A stretch of DNA of 63,679 bases, the filler included. It is 5 parts of 5 records of this genome, joined end to end, with 100 filler letters (N's around TTAATTAATTAA, not from the genome) between each part and the next. Parts side by side here need not be neighbours in the genome. Positions count along the whole stretch, not along the records: positions 23,410 to 48,211 come from SRR2962707_1493; 4 more parts are not named here. The stretch is one strand, 5' to 3'. Each line of letters opens with the position of its first letter. The stretch's first letter is position 1. Positions 26,842 through 39,152 of the stretch are shown here, piece after piece. The notes beneath the pieces were generated by a model, which was given only the letters and a program-made list of their open reading frames with translations, searched no databases and had not been told where the DNA came from. Both the position numbers and the translations under genes were made by a program.

Positions 26842-29115
26842 TCAGCAGGTGGCTTCCTCCTGGGAGGCATCCACGGTCAGCAGCAGCTTGTCGTCGCGGA
26901 CCACGACTCGCGCCCGACCGCCCTGCTCCGCCAGTTCGCCAAACAGCAGTTTCTCCGCCAGCGGCTTCTTGATCTGCTCCTGGATCAGACGGGCCATGGG
27001 GCGGGCCCCCATATCCTTGTCATAGCCGTGATCGGCCAACCAGGTGCGGGCATCCGCCTCCACTTCCAGCACCACGCCTTTCTCATCCAACTGCGCCTGC
27101 AGTTCCACCAGGAACTTGTCCACCACGCCGAGAATGGTTTCCCGCCCCAGCGGGTTGAACTGGATGATGGCGTCCAGCCGGTTGCGGAACTCCGGCGTGA
27201 AGGCTTTTTTCAACACTTCCATGCCGTCGCTGGACTGATCCTGCTCGGTGAAGCCGATGGAGCGCTTGTTCAACACCTCGGCGCCCGCATTGGTGGTCAT
27301 GATCAGGATCACATTGCGGAAGTCCGCCTTGCGGCCGTTATTGTCGGTCAGCGAAGCGTTGTCCATCACCTGCAACAGAATGTTGAACACTTCCGGGTGT
27401 GCCTTCTCGATCTCATCCATCAACAACACGCAGTGCGGTGTCTTGGTGATCGCCTCGGTGAGCAAGCCGCCCTGGTCGTAACCGACGTAGCCCGGAGGCG
27501 CGCCGATCAGACGGCTGACGGTATGCCGCTCCATGTACTCGGACATGTCGAAGCGCACCAACTCCACGCCCAGTGCGCGAGCCAGTTGCCGGCTGACCTC
27601 GGTTTTACCCACCCCGGTGGGACCGGCGAACATGAACGAGCCGATCGGCTTGTTGTCCGCCTTCAGCCCGGCGCGGGACAGCTTGATCGCCGCGGAGATG
27701 GCATCGATGGCCTCGTCCTGACCGAACACGGTCATCTTCAGGTCCCGCTCCAGATTACGCAGCACTTCCTTGTCGGAAGAGGACACCTGCTTTGGCGGAA
27801 TCCGCGCGATTTTCGCCACCATGACTTCCACGTCGTCCTGCTCGATGATTTCACGGCGCTCGTTTTCCGGCCGCAGGCGCTGCCAGGCACCGACCTCGTC
27901 GATCACATCGATGGCCTTGTCCGGCAGGAAGCGGTCATTAATGTAGCGCGCGCTCAACTCCGCCGCCGAGCGCAGTGCCGCGTCGGTGTACTGCACGCCA
28001 TGGTGCTTCTCGAAGCGGCTCTTGAGCCCCTTGAGAATCCCCACGGTGTCCTCCACCGACGGTTCCACCACATCCACTTTCTGGAAACGGCGGGACAGTG
28101 CCCGGTCTTTTTCAAAAATGGTCCGGTACTCCTGAAAAGTAGTGGAGCCCATGCATTTCAATTCCCCGGAAGCCAGCAGCGGTTTGAGCAGATTGGACGC
28201 GTCCATGACACCGCCGGAAGCCGCGCCGGCACCGATGATGGTGTGAATTTCATCGATGAACAGAATCGAGTTGTCCTGCTTGCGCAACTCCGCCAGCAAA
28301 CTCTTCAGCCGCTTCTCGAAATCACCGCGGTATTTGGTGCCGGCCAGCAGCGCGCCCAGATCCAGGGAATAGACCACCGCGTCCTGCAGCGGCTCGGGCA
28401 CCTGACCTTCCACGATCATGCGCGCCAGCCCCTCGGCAATGGCGGTCTTGCCCACACCGGGCTCGCCCACGAGCAGCGGATTGTTCTTGCGCCGCCGGCA
28501 CAGGATCTGCGCCGCCCGTTCAATTTCAAACGCCCGTCCGACCAGCGGGTCGATCCGGTCCGCCCGTGCCAGCTCGTTCAGATTGGACGCATAAGCCTCC
28601 AGGGCGTTGGCCGAGGCGCCCCCTTCGGGGCCACCGCCGGCTTCGATATCCGGCTGTTGAGCATCATCCGCCTCCTGCTGCGGAGAGACACCGTGGGAGA
28701 TGTAATTGACCACATCCAAGCGGTGCACGTCCTGGCTGTTGAGCAGGTAAACCGCCTGGCTTTCCTGCTCATTGAAGATCGCCACCAGCACATTGGCGCC
28801 GGTCACTTCCTTCTTACCCGAGGACTGCACGCTGAACACCGCGCGTTGCAGCACCCGCTGGAAACCCAGCGTCGGCTGTGTATCACGCTCATCGTCACCG
28901 TCATCCGGTAACAGCGGCGTGGAATCGCTAATGAACTGAGTCAGGGCCTCGCGCAGCTCATCCAGATCCGCGCCGCAGGCGCGCAGCACTTCCAACGCGG
29001 CATCGTTGTCCAGCAGTGCCAACAGCAGATGCTCCACGGTCATGAACTCATGACGGTGGCTTCGTGCGTGATGGAACGCCTCGTTAAGGGTAAGTTCCAG
29101 TTCTTTGCTGAGCAT
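26842..29115 (-). CDS. clpA: ATP-dependent Clp protease ATP-binding subunit ClpA
   Basis: HEFMTVEHLLL; two Walker A motifs GEPGVGKT and GPTGVGKT; RFDMSEY. Confidence 0.97.
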   Translation of the reverse strand: MLSKELELTLNEAFHHARSHRHEFMTVEHLLLALLDNDAALEVLRACGADLDELREALTQFISDSTPLLPDDGDDERDTQPTLGFQRVLQRAVFSVQSSGKKEVTGANVLVAIFNEQESQAVYLLNSQDVHRLDVVNYISHGVSPQQEADDAQQPDIEAGGGPEGGASANALEAYASNLNELARADRIDPLVGRAFEIERAAQILCRRRKNNPLLVGEPGVGKTAIAEGLARMIVEGQVPEPLQDAVVYSLDLGALLAGTKYRGDFEKRLKSLLAELRKQDNSILFIDEIHTIIGAGAASGGVMDASNLLKPLLASGELKCMGSTTFQEYRTIFEKDRALSRRFQKVDVVEPSVEDTVGILKGLKSRFEKHHGVQYTDAALRSAAELSARYINDRFLPDKAIDVIDEVGAWQRLRPENERREIIEQDDVEVMVAKIARIPPKQVSSSDKEVLRNLERDLKMTVFGQDEAIDAISAAIKLSRAGLKADNKPIGSFMFAGPTGVGKTEVSRQLARALGVELVRFDMSEYMERHTVSRLIGAPPGYVGYDQGGLLTEAITKTPHCVLLMDEIEKAHPEVFNILLQVMDNASLTDNNGRKADFRNVILIMTTNAGAEVLNKRSIGFTEQDQSSDGMEVLKKAFTPEFRNRLDAIIQFNPLGRETILGVVDKFLVELQAQLDEKGVVLEVEADARTWLADHGYDKDMGARPMARLIQEQIKKPLAEKLLFGELAEQGGRARVVVRDDKLLLTVDASQEEATC

Positions 29116-29184
29116 AGGCTACCTCACTACTCGTCACCCTTGGTGTCGGGCTGGCCGGCCTGAGATCAGGCCCTTGGGCCTGAA

Positions 29185-29568
29185 TCAGGCCTTCTCCACC
29201 TGACACATCAGCGGATGCTGATGTTCCCGGGCGTAATCGACCACTTGCGCGGCCTTGGTCTCGGCGATATCCCGGGGAAACACCCCGCACACCGCCTTGC
29301 CCTCGGTATGGACCGTCAGCATGACACGAGTGGCCTGCTCGCGGTCCATACGAAAAAAGGTTTCCAGTACCTCAACGACGAAGTCCATCGGTGTGTAATC
29401 GTCGTTGAGCATGATCACTTTATACATGGACGGGCGCTTTAGCCGTGGTTTGCTCGCCTCCACGGCCAGATCGCCCTGACGATCGGGATCCGCCGGCTGA
29501 TCCGGCCCCAGGCGTATTCGCGCCCCCCGCTCGTTACCCGTGAAAAACACCTTGTGCTGCCTTTTCAT
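29185..29568 (-). CDS. clpS: ClpAP adaptor ClpS
   Basis: [17 protein letters not shown]...HPLMC; upstream of clpA. Confidence 0.95.
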   Translation of the reverse strand: MKRQHKVFFTGNERGARIRLGPDQPADPDRQGDLAVEASKPRLKRPSMYKVIMLNDDYTPMDFVVEVLETFFRMDREQATRVMLTVHTEGKAVCGVFPRDIAETKAAQVVDYAREHQHPLMCQVEKA

Positions 29569-30015
29569 GCGTCTCTCTGAAGTTTGTATACCCGCGGGCG
29601 CCGACAGGCAATCCGCTAATTGGGGCATTAACCGCTATTTTTCAATCCCACCATCAAGACTTGACACTCAGTTTTCCATGATGAAAAGTTGGGCAGAGCG
29701 CGACCCAGGGGATCTCTGAATCCAGCAATGCCGGATGTTCCGGGACTTTCCGGCCCGTTCGGCGCATCTCAATCCACATCATGCCGAGGCCGGCGGCAAG
29801 GTCTTCATAGCAACCCGCTATGATAGCCAGAGCAAAGCCCCATGGCCGACGGCGTTGATGTTGGATATTGACGTCAGTGATCCAGGCCCCGCCCGGGCGG
29901 GGATAACAAAAACAATGTACAGCCATAGGTTACCGTGCGATGACCGGTTGTCATACAGAACACCGGCACGGCGGGACACCCGGAACACACCCCCGGGGCA
30001 ACATGAGGGACGACC

Positions 30016-30288
30016 ATGGCAACGGGAACGGTAAAGTGGTTCAACAACGCCAAAGGGTATGGCTTCGTTCGGCCGGACGAAGGTGGCGACGATCTGTTCG
30101 TGCACTACTCCTATATACAGGAGAAAGGTTACAAAACCTTATACACAGGACAGAGTGTGGAATATGAGCTGCTCGAGGCCAGCAAGGGTTACCATGCGGT
30201 GAACCTGAAGCCGGGAGCGGTTCCCACCACCCGCCGGCACCGGCAAGGCCGGAGGCGGGAGCGGGAGAAAAGCGCCCTCTCCACCTGA
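30016..30288 (+). CDS. cspD: Cold-shock domain protein CspD
   Basis: GTVKWFNNAKGYGF, LFVHYS, C-terminal tail; divergent from clpS. Confidence 0.88.
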   Translation: MATGTVKWFNNAKGYGFVRPDEGGDDLFVHYSYIQEKGYKTLYTGQSVEYELLEASKGYHAVNLKPGAVPTTRRHRQGRRREREKSALST

Positions 30289-30316
30289 GTGAGCGCTTCA
30301 CCGGAGGGGATGGGAA

Positions 30317-31579
30317 TCAGTTCCCCATGTGTTCGATCACGGCATCGCCGAATTCGGAACACTTCAGCAGCGTGGCATCGGGCATGAGACGCTCGAAATC
30401 GTAGGTCACGGTCTTGGCGGCAATCGCCCCTTCCATGCCATTGATCACCAGATCGGCGGCGTCTTCCCAGCCCAGGTGGCGCAGCATCATCTCGGCGGAC
30501 AGGATCAGTGAACCCGGGTTCACCTTGTCCTGGCCGGCGTACTTCGGCGCGGTGCCGTGAGTGGCCTCGAACAGCGCCACGGAGCCGCCAATGTTGGCGC
30601 CCGGCGCGATGCCGATGCCGCCCACTTCCGCCGCCAGGGCGTCGGAAATGTAGTCACCGTTCAGGTTCAGCGTGGCGATCACGCTGTACTCCGCCGGACG
30701 CATCAGGATCTGCTGCAGGAAGGCATCCGCGATCACGTCCTTGATGACGATCTCTTTCCCGGTACGCGGATTCTTCATCACCATCCAGGGGCCACCGTCA
30801 AGCAGCTCGGCGTTGAAGCGGTCCCGGGCCAATTCGTAGCCCCAATCCTTAAAGGCCCCCTCGGTGTACTTCATGATGTTGCCTTTGTGCACCAGGGTGA
30901 CGGAATCCTTGTCATTATCGATGGCGTACTGGATCGCCTTGCGGACCAGACGCTGGGTGCCCTCGCGGGACACCGGCTTGATGCCGATACCACAACCTTC
31001 CGGGAAACGGATCTGGGTAACCCCCATTTCCTCGCGCAGGAAGCGGATCAGTTTGGTGGCTTCGGGACCGTCCGCGGCCCATTCGATGCCGGCATAGATG
31101 TCTTCGGAGTTTTCACGGAAGATCACCATGTCGGTCAGTTCGGGGTGGCGTACCGGGCTGGGTACCCCTTCGAACCATCGCACCGGGCGCATACAGGTAT
31201 AAAGGTCAAGCTCCTGGCGCAGGGCCACGTTCAGAGAACGGATCCCACCGCCCACCGGAGTGGTCAACGGTCCTTTGATACCTACGGTGAATTCCCGCAT
31301 GGCCTCCAAGGTTTCTTCGGGCAGCCATACATCCGGCCCGTAAACCCGGGTGGCTTTTTCACCGGCATAGATTTCCATCCAGGTGATGCCACGCTTGGCG
31401 CCATAGGCTTTTTCCACCGCGGCGTTAACCACTTTTATCATCACCGGCGAGATATCAACGCCGATGCCGTCCCCTTCGATATACGGAATGATCGGGTGGT
31501 TGGGGACATTCAGGGATAGGTCCGCATTAACGGTGATTTTGTCACCGTCTGCCGGAACCACGATCTTTTGGTATCCCAT
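30317..31579 (-). CDS. icd: NADP-dependent isocitrate dehydrogenase
   Basis: [42 protein letters not shown]. Confidence 0.97.
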   Translation of the reverse strand: MGYQKIVVPADGDKITVNADLSLNVPNHPIIPYIEGDGIGVDISPVMIKVVNAAVEKAYGAKRGITWMEIYAGEKATRVYGPDVWLPEETLEAMREFTVGIKGPLTTPVGGGIRSLNVALRQELDLYTCMRPVRWFEGVPSPVRHPELTDMVIFRENSEDIYAGIEWAADGPEATKLIRFLREEMGVTQIRFPEGCGIGIKPVSREGTQRLVRKAIQYAIDNDKDSVTLVHKGNIMKYTEGAFKDWGYELARDRFNAELLDGGPWMVMKNPRTGKEIVIKDVIADAFLQQILMRPAEYSVIATLNLNGDYISDALAAEVGGIGIAPGANIGGSVALFEATHGTAPKYAGQDKVNPGSLILSAEMMLRHLGWEDAADLVINGMEGAIAAKTVTYDFERLMPDATLLKCSEFGDAVIEHMGN

Positions 31580-31688
31580 CTACACTACTCCCTCTGAGAA
31601 TAACCGTGGAATTCGGTTGCCGGGCGAGTATACCATCGAGTGGATAACCTTGCTTGGCCTTCATGGGCCCGAACCGACGATTTTCCCA

Positions 31689-32312
31689 ATGGCCCGGCTT
31701 ATTTTGTTTAACAAACCCTTTCAGATGTTGTCCCAGTTCACCGACACCCGTGGGCGCCGGACCCTCAAGGAATCGCTTCCCGTGGAGGGCGTCTACCCCG
31801 CCGGCCGGCTGGACTGGGACTCCGAAGGATTGTTGCTGCTCACCGATGACGGCGGCCTCCAGGCGCGCATCGCCAGCCCGCGCTTTCACCTGCCGAAAAC
31901 CTATCTGGTACAAGTGGAAGGCGCTCCCGGTGAAGACGATCTGGAGCCGTTGCGCCAGGGCATCACGCTCAAGGACGGCCCCTGCCGGCCGGCGCGGGTC
32001 CGGCGTATCGACGAACCCTCGTTATGGCCGCGCCAGCCGCCGGTGCGCACGCGGCTCACGGTACCCGACCAGTGGCTGGAACTCACCATAGACGAAGGTC
32101 GCAACCGCCAGGTGCGGCGCATGACCGCGGCGGTGGGCTTTCCCACCCTGCGGCTGGTGCGTTGGCGCATCGGCGACTGGAGCCTGGATGGCTTGCAGCC
32201 CGGTCAGTGGCGTGACGAAACCGTGCACCTGCCCAAGGCGCCGGCGCGGGGCGGGCCATCCCGGCGCCGTTCTCCTCCACGTCAGCGGCGCGGGAAAGCG
32301 CGCCGGTCGTGA
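31689..32312 (+). CDS. rluE: 23S rRNA pseudouridine synthase RluE-like
   Basis: [28 protein letters not shown]; synteny with icd and nudJ. Confidence 0.88.
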   Translation: MARLILFNKPFQMLSQFTDTRGRRTLKESLPVEGVYPAGRLDWDSEGLLLLTDDGGLQARIASPRFHLPKTYLVQVEGAPGEDDLEPLRQGITLKDGPCRPARVRRIDEPSLWPRQPPVRTRLTVPDQWLELTIDEGRNRQVRRMTAAVGFPTLRLVRWRIGDWSLDGLQPGQWRDETVHLPKAPARGGPSRRRSPPRQRRGKARRS

Positions 32313-32370
32313 CGAGCCCCCCGGCGTTGCGATACCATCTGGCGCCCGCCATGCCTGGAACGGCCAATCT

Positions 32371-32838
32371 ATGAACAGCTTCGAACCGCACATTACGGTA
32401 GCCACCGTGGTGGAGCAAGACGGACGCCTGTTGTTCGTGCGAGAACACCAGGACGGAGCGCTGGTGCTCAACCAGCCCGCCGGTCATGTGGAATTCGGCG
32501 AGGACCTGATGCAGGCCGCCTACCGCGAAACCCTGGAAGAGACGGCTTGGCAAGTGGAAGTCACCGACCTGCTCGGCTGGTATATTTTTCAGCCGTTCAA
32601 GGGTGCCGGAGTATACTACCGGGCCTGTTTCGTCGCCCGTCCGCTGAAACACGACCCGCGCCAGAAACTGGATCGCGGCATCGAGGAAGCGGTCTGGCTG
32701 ACACCTCAGGAGTTGTCCTCACGGCAGGCCGAGCACCGCAGCCCGTTGGTGATGCGTTGCGTCTCCGATTACCTGAGCGGCCGGCGCCTGCCGCTGGACA
32801 GCATTTATCAGCACCCCTGGCCTTTGCAGCAGGGCTGA
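32371..32838 (+). CDS. nudJ: NUDIX hydrolase (NudJ-like)
   Basis: [17 protein letters not shown]...RETLEE; upstream of mnmA. Confidence 0.85.
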   Translation: MNSFEPHITVATVVEQDGRLLFVREHQDGALVLNQPAGHVEFGEDLMQAAYRETLEETAWQVEVTDLLGWYIFQPFKGAGVYYRACFVARPLKHDPRQKLDRGIEEAVWLTPQELSSRQAEHRSPLVMRCVSDYLSGRRLPLDSIYQHPWPLQQG

Positions 32839-32863
32839 ACCCATCACTACACGGTTGCTCGCC

Positions 32864-33982
32864 ATGTCGGAACTGCCTTCTCCTTCCACCCTCACCCCGG
32901 AATCCACCCACGTCATCGTCGGCATGTCCGGCGGTGTCGATTCCTCGGTGGCCGCCGCCCGCCTGCTGGAGGCGGGTTATCAGGTGGAAGGCCTGTTCAT
33001 GAAGAACTGGAACGAGGACGACGGTACCGAATACTGTACCGCCCGGGAGGACCTGCTCGACGCCATGCAGGTGGCTGGCGTATTGGGTATGGAGCTGCAT
33101 ACGGTGAATTTCGCCGGCGAGTACTGGGACCGGGTGTTCGAGCACTTCCTCGAGGAATATCGGGCCGGCCGCACTCCCAACCCGGACATCCTCTGCAACA
33201 AGGAAATCAAGTTCCGCGCCTTCCTGGATCACGCCGTGGCGCTGGGCGCCGACGCCATCGCCACCGGCCACTACGCCCGGGTCGAGCATGGGCATGGGCC
33301 CGCCCGGCTGCTGCGCGCGGTGGATACCAACAAGGACCAGACTTACTTTCTGCACGCGGTGGGCGGCGACAAATTCGCCCGCACCCTGTTCCCCCTGGGT
33401 GATCTGCACAAACCGGAAGTGCGCCGCCTGGCCGGGGAGAAAGGCTTCGACAACCACAAGAAGAAGGATTCCACCGGCATTTGCTTCATCGGTGAGCGCC
33501 GCTTCAAGGACTTCCTGGAGACCTATCTGCCAGCCCAGCCCGGTATCATCGAGGACGACCATGGCAAGGTGATCGGCCGGCACGACGGACTGATGTACTA
33601 CACCCTGGGGCAGCGCCAGGGACTGGGCATCGGCGGCCGCGCCGACGGCAACGATGAACCCTGGTACGTGGCCGCCAAGGATCTGAGCCGCAACGTGCTG
33701 ATCGCGGTGCAGGGCCACAACCACCCGCTGCTGTTCAGCCGTGAGTTGACCAGCGCGCCGGTGGACTGGGTGGCCATGGCGCCGCCGGCCCTCCCCGCCC
33801 GGCTTACCGCCAAAACCCGCTATCGCCAGCCCGATCAGGCCTGTACCGTGGAGAACGCCGGCGACGGCCGGGTACGCGTGGTGTTCGATCAGCCACAACG
33901 AGCGGTCACCCCGGGTCAGTCGGTGGTGTTTTACCACGGCGACGCCTGTCTCGGCGGGGCCGTGATCGAGGAGACACGATGA
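32864..33982 (+). CDS. mnmA: tRNA 2-thiouridine synthase
   Basis: [34 protein letters not shown]. Confidence 0.97.
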   Translation: MSELPSPSTLTPESTHVIVGMSGGVDSSVAAARLLEAGYQVEGLFMKNWNEDDGTEYCTAREDLLDAMQVAGVLGMELHTVNFAGEYWDRVFEHFLEEYRAGRTPNPDILCNKEIKFRAFLDHAVALGADAIATGHYARVEHGHGPARLLRAVDTNKDQTYFLHAVGGDKFARTLFPLGDLHKPEVRRLAGEKGFDNHKKKDSTGICFIGERRFKDFLETYLPAQPGIIEDDHGKVIGRHDGLMYYTLGQRQGLGIGGRADGNDEPWYVAAKDLSRNVLIAVQGHNHPLLFSRELTSAPVDWVAMAPPALPARLTAKTRYRQPDQACTVENAGDGRVRVVFDQPQRAVTPGQSVVFYHGDACLGGAVIEETR

Positions 33983-34623
33983 CCGAGCAACCCCTGTCCC
34001 TACAGCAACAGCAAATGCTGGCTCTCGGCGCGGTATTCGAGTGCGCGGTCATGGCGGACCAGATCGCCACCCGTGGCGACGCCGATCCGGCGGTACTGGC
34101 GTCGCTGTTTGAATCAGTGCTGGTGATGGACGCCACCGACTTCGACACCATCTACCCGCGCCCGGGCCGCTTCCAGGATGGCCTGCGCCTGCTGCGCAAG
34201 AGCCTCAACAGGGAACAGAACCGGGACGCCGCCCGCCCTCTCAGCTATGGGCTGGCGCTGCTGCATCTCTCCTCAAAACTGCGCAAGAATGACGACGTGG
34301 TGAATATTCTGCGTAACCGGCTACTGGCCCTGGAAGGTCAGCGCGCCCATTTCGAGGATCTCACGCAACCCGGCTTCTGCCACCGGTTGGCGGGTATCTA
34401 CGTGGATACGCTGGGCACGTTCCGGTTCCGTATCCGCGTGCAGGGCGACCCGGCCAAACTGCAGGACGAGGACAACGCGGCCCGCATCCGCGCCCTGTTC
34501 CTGGCCGGTGTGCGGGCCGCCTTTCTATGGCATCAGATGGGTGGCCGGCGCTGGCGTTTGCTGTTTCAGCGCAAAGCGCATCTCGATATACTAAACAGCA
34601 TAAAAATCAATGAATTAAACTAA
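33979..34623 (+). CDS. hflD: High frequency lysogenization protein HflD
   Basis: [26 protein letters not shown]; lies between mnmA and purB. Confidence 0.9.
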   Translation: MTEQPLSLQQQQMLALGAVFECAVMADQIATRGDADPAVLASLFESVLVMDATDFDTIYPRPGRFQDGLRLLRKSLNREQNRDAARPLSYGLALLHLSSKLRKNDDVVNILRNRLLALEGQRAHFEDLTQPGFCHRLAGIYVDTLGTFRFRIRVQGDPAKLQDEDNAARIRALFLAGVRAAFLWHQMGGRRWRLLFQRKAHLDILNSIKINELN

Positions 34624-34757
34624 ATATATAAAGTAAAATATAAAGAAAATCGCCCCTCATGAGCCGCGATTTTTTTCGTCCTTCGACCTTCGTCATAACC
34701 CACGCGGCGCTTCCCGATTTGCTGTATGATAGCGCCGCTTTCGGTTTTCCTGTCTAG

Positions 34758-36134
<1,377 letters not shown>

Positions 36135-36136
36135 TC

Positions 36137-37264
36137 TTGGCCACCGAGCTGCCCCGCTTCACGCTGCCACTGCCGGCGGAGACCTTTCTCGAGCGGCACT
36201 GGCAGCGGCGCACGCTATTCATGCCCGCCGCCGCCAGCGGCCTTGACTACCCCGACGCCGACACCCTGGCCGGACTGGCGCTGGAAGCGGAGGTGGAATC
36301 CAGGCTGATCCGGGGTGCCGGCGAGGGCCCCTGGTCGTTGCAGCAGGGACCGCTGGAAGAGGATGCGTTCGAGGGCCTGGGCGAACGGGACTGGACCCTG
36401 CTGGTACAGTCCGTAGACCACTTTCTGACACCGGTGAGCCTGCTGCTGGACGATTTCGGCTTCGTGCCGGGCTGGCGTCTGGAAGACATCATGATCAGCT
36501 ACGCCGCCGAGGGCGGCAGCGTCGGCCCCCATTTCGATCAGTACGACGTGTTTCTGATCCAGGCCAGCGGCCATCGCCATTGGAAAATCGGACCGCATTG
36601 TGACGACGCCGCGCCGCAGCGCACTGATACGCCGCTGAAGATGCTGGCGCACATGCCCTGCGAACAGGAGTTCCATGCCGGCCCCGGCGATGTGCTGTAT
36701 CTGCCGCCGGGCGTCGCCCACCATGGCGTCGCCAGCGACAGCGATTGCGTCACCTGGTCAGTGGGATTCCGGGCCCCGGATTACCGTGACCTGCTGGCGG
36801 AAATGGTGGCCGAATGTCTGGCCAATCAGCCCGAGCAGCTCTACCGCGACGCCGGGCGCGCGCCCTGCCCGGATCCGGGGCGGCTCGAACAGAACGATCT
36901 GGACAACCTGCTGTCTGCTTCCCTGGGCTTGCTGGACCGCGCCCAGGCAGCCCGGGCGGTGGCCCGCTGGCTGAGCACACCGCGTCAGAACGGTCTTGAT
37001 TTTATTGTGGACGAAGAGCAGATTCGCGCCGGCGCACCGGACGCCGCGCTGGTACGGCACGGCGGTGTGCGCCTGCTTCGTCAGGGCGACCATGCCTGGC
37101 TCAACGGCGAATGCTGGACACTGGACGCGGAGCAAGCCGCACTGGTGGACCTGCTGGCCGGGCAACGCCGCTACCGCAACGACCAGTTGGAGCCGCTGCT
37201 GACCCGGTCCGCCGGCGAGCTGCTCAATCATTGGATCGATCAGGGCTTCTTTGCCCCGCTTTAA
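36137..37264 (+). CDS. JmjC/cupin ribosomal protein uL16 hydroxylase (RoxA/YcfD-like)
   Basis: GPHFDQYDVFLIQ, PGDVLYLPPGVAHHG, SVGFRAP; TTG start. Confidence 0.88.
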   Translation: MATELPRFTLPLPAETFLERHWQRRTLFMPAAASGLDYPDADTLAGLALEAEVESRLIRGAGEGPWSLQQGPLEEDAFEGLGERDWTLLVQSVDHFLTPVSLLLDDFGFVPGWRLEDIMISYAAEGGSVGPHFDQYDVFLIQASGHRHWKIGPHCDDAAPQRTDTPLKMLAHMPCEQEFHAGPGDVLYLPPGVAHHGVASDSDCVTWSVGFRAPDYRDLLAEMVAECLANQPEQLYRDAGRAPCPDPGRLEQNDLDNLLSASLGLLDRAQAARAVARWLSTPRQNGLDFIVDEEQIRAGAPDAALVRHGGVRLLRQGDHAWLNGECWTLDAEQAALVDLLAGQRRYRNDQLEPLLTRSAGELLNHWIDQGFFAPL

Positions 37265-37275
37265 CCGAGAACACC

Positions 37276-37701
37276 ATGGCCTTTAGCATCATCGAAACCA
37301 CTTGGGACGAACACGAGCCGGCGCTGCGTTTGCTGCGCGAAACCATTTTCATCGGCGAGCAGAACGTGCCGGAAGAACTGGAGTGGGACGGCGAGGATTC
37401 CAGTGCCTGTCACTTTCTCGCGCTCGACCAGCGGAACCAGCCGGTGGGCTGTATCCGCCTGCAGAGCAGTGGCCAGATCAGCCGCCTGTGCGTGCTCTCG
37501 AACAGCCGCAACAGCGGTATCGGCAGAGCCCTGCTGGTGGCCGCCGAGGAAGCCGCTCGGGCCCGTGGCATGCAGGAGATCTTCCTCAACGCCCAGACCC
37601 ACGCCACCAGCTTCTATGAAGCGGCGGGCTTCGCCAGTTCCGGCGGCATTTTCATGGATGCCCATATCCCGCACCGGCAAATGTTCAAGTTGCTGAAATA
37701 A
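37276..37701 (+). CDS. GNAT N-acetyltransferase (YjcF/ElaA-like)
   Basis: R..IF..EQNVPEELEWD, R..GIG, LNAQ, FYE..GF. Confidence 0.88.
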   Translation: MAFSIIETTWDEHEPALRLLRETIFIGEQNVPEELEWDGEDSSACHFLALDQRNQPVGCIRLQSSGQISRLCVLSNSRNSGIGRALLVAAEEAARARGMQEIFLNAQTHATSFYEAAGFASSGGIFMDAHIPHRQMFKLLK

Positions 37702-37745
37702 CCCGTCACGCCACGACGGAACAATAATCAGAAGAAGAGAGCCCC

Positions 37746-39107
37746 ATGTCCGACACCACCCAATATTTCCTGGAGCAATCCCGTCTGCCACGCCAGTGGT
37801 ACAACATCATGGCGGACTTCCCGGAACCGATGGCCCCGGTGCTGCATCCCGGCACCCGTCAGCCGGTGGCCCCTTCGGATCTGGCGCCCTTGTTCCCGGA
37901 TACCCTGATCGCCCAGGAAATGACCGCCGAGCGTTATGTGGATATTCCGGCAGCGGTGCTGGACGTCTACAAGATGTGGCGCCCAAGCCCTCTGATCCGT
38001 GCCCGCCGCCTGGAAAAGGCGCTGGATACGCCGGCGCGCATCTACTTCAAATACGAGGGCGTGAGCCCGGCCGGCTCGCACAAGCCGAACACCGCCGTGG
38101 CCCAGGCCTATTACAATGCGGAAGCCGGCACCCGCCGTCTGACCACCGAAACCGGCGCCGGCCAGTGGGGCTCTTCCCTGGCGTTCGCCGGCAGCCTGTT
38201 CGGTCTCGAGGTGCAGGTATTCCAGGTCAAGGTGTCCTATCAACAAAAGCCCTATCGGCAGGCACTGATGCGCACCTACGGGGCCGAGTGCATCCCCTCC
38301 CCGTCCAATCTCACCAACGCCGGCCGCGCCATACTGGCGGAGAACCCCGATCACCCGGGCAGCCTCGGCATCGCCATCAGTGAAGCGGTGGAGCTGGCGG
38401 CCCAGGCCGACGATACCAAGTACGCCCTTGGTTCCGTGCTCAACCATGTGATGCTGCATCAAAGCATCATCGGCCAGGAAGCCCTGCTGCAGATGGAAAT
38501 GGCCGGCGACGATCCGGACATACTGATCGGCTGCACCGGCGGCGGCTCCAACTTCGCCGGTCTGGTGTTTCCGTTCCTCGGCCAGCAACTGCGTGGTGGC
38601 CGCGGTCGCCGCATCCTGGCGGTGGAGCCGGCGGCCTGCCCGACCCTGACTCAGGGCCGGTTCGCCTACGACTTCGGCGACACCGCCCACCTGACACCGC
38701 TGACCAAGATGCACACCCTCGGCTCCAGCTTCACCCCGCCGGGCTTCCACGCCGGCGGCCTGCGTTACCACGGCATGGGCCCGCAGGTTTCCCACGCGTT
38801 GCAACTGGGGCTGATCGAAGCCCGCGCGTACGCCCAGACCGGCTGCTTCGAGGCGGCGGTGCAATTCGCCCGCCACGAAGGCATCGTGCCGGCGCCAGAG
38901 TGCTCCCACGCGGTCAAGGCCGCCATCGACGAAGCGTTGCGCTGCAAGGAAGAAGGCCAGGGAGAAACCATCCTGTTCAACCTGTCCGGCCACGGTCATT
39001 TCGACATGCAGGCCTACATCGATTTCTTCGATGGCAAACTGGAAGACCGCGAGTACGACGCCGCCGCCGCGGAAGTGGCGCTGGCGCAGTTGCCTCAGCT
39101 CGGTTGA
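37746..39107 (+). CDS. TrpB-like PLP enzyme (TrpB2)
   Basis: [35 protein letters not shown]. Confidence 0.93.
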   Translation: MSDTTQYFLEQSRLPRQWYNIMADFPEPMAPVLHPGTRQPVAPSDLAPLFPDTLIAQEMTAERYVDIPAAVLDVYKMWRPSPLIRARRLEKALDTPARIYFKYEGVSPAGSHKPNTAVAQAYYNAEAGTRRLTTETGAGQWGSSLAFAGSLFGLEVQVFQVKVSYQQKPYRQALMRTYGAECIPSPSNLTNAGRAILAENPDHPGSLGIAISEAVELAAQADDTKYALGSVLNHVMLHQSIIGQEALLQMEMAGDDPDILIGCTGGGSNFAGLVFPFLGQQLRGGRGRRILAVEPAACPTLTQGRFAYDFGDTAHLTPLTKMHTLGSSFTPPGFHAGGLRYHGMGPQVSHALQLGLIEARAYAQTGCFEAAVQFARHEGIVPAPECSHAVKAAIDEALRCKEEGQGETILFNLSGHGHFDMQAYIDFFDGKLEDREYDAAAAEVALAQLPQLG

Positions 39108-39152
39108 GGCCCGTGACGGCAACACGCGGAATCGCGGCTTGTGCGCCGCGAT

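Noticed and set aside
29569-30015. sRNA or small ORF in the long clpS-cspD gap
   Set aside because: A long divergent promoter and UTR region is normal here; no convincing terminator, RBS-led ORF or tRNA fold seen.
30289-30500. Prophage attachment at the icd 3' end, or hflD as a phage gene
   Set aside because: No duplicated icd end or integrase is visible; hflD is a host core gene in its normal synteny.
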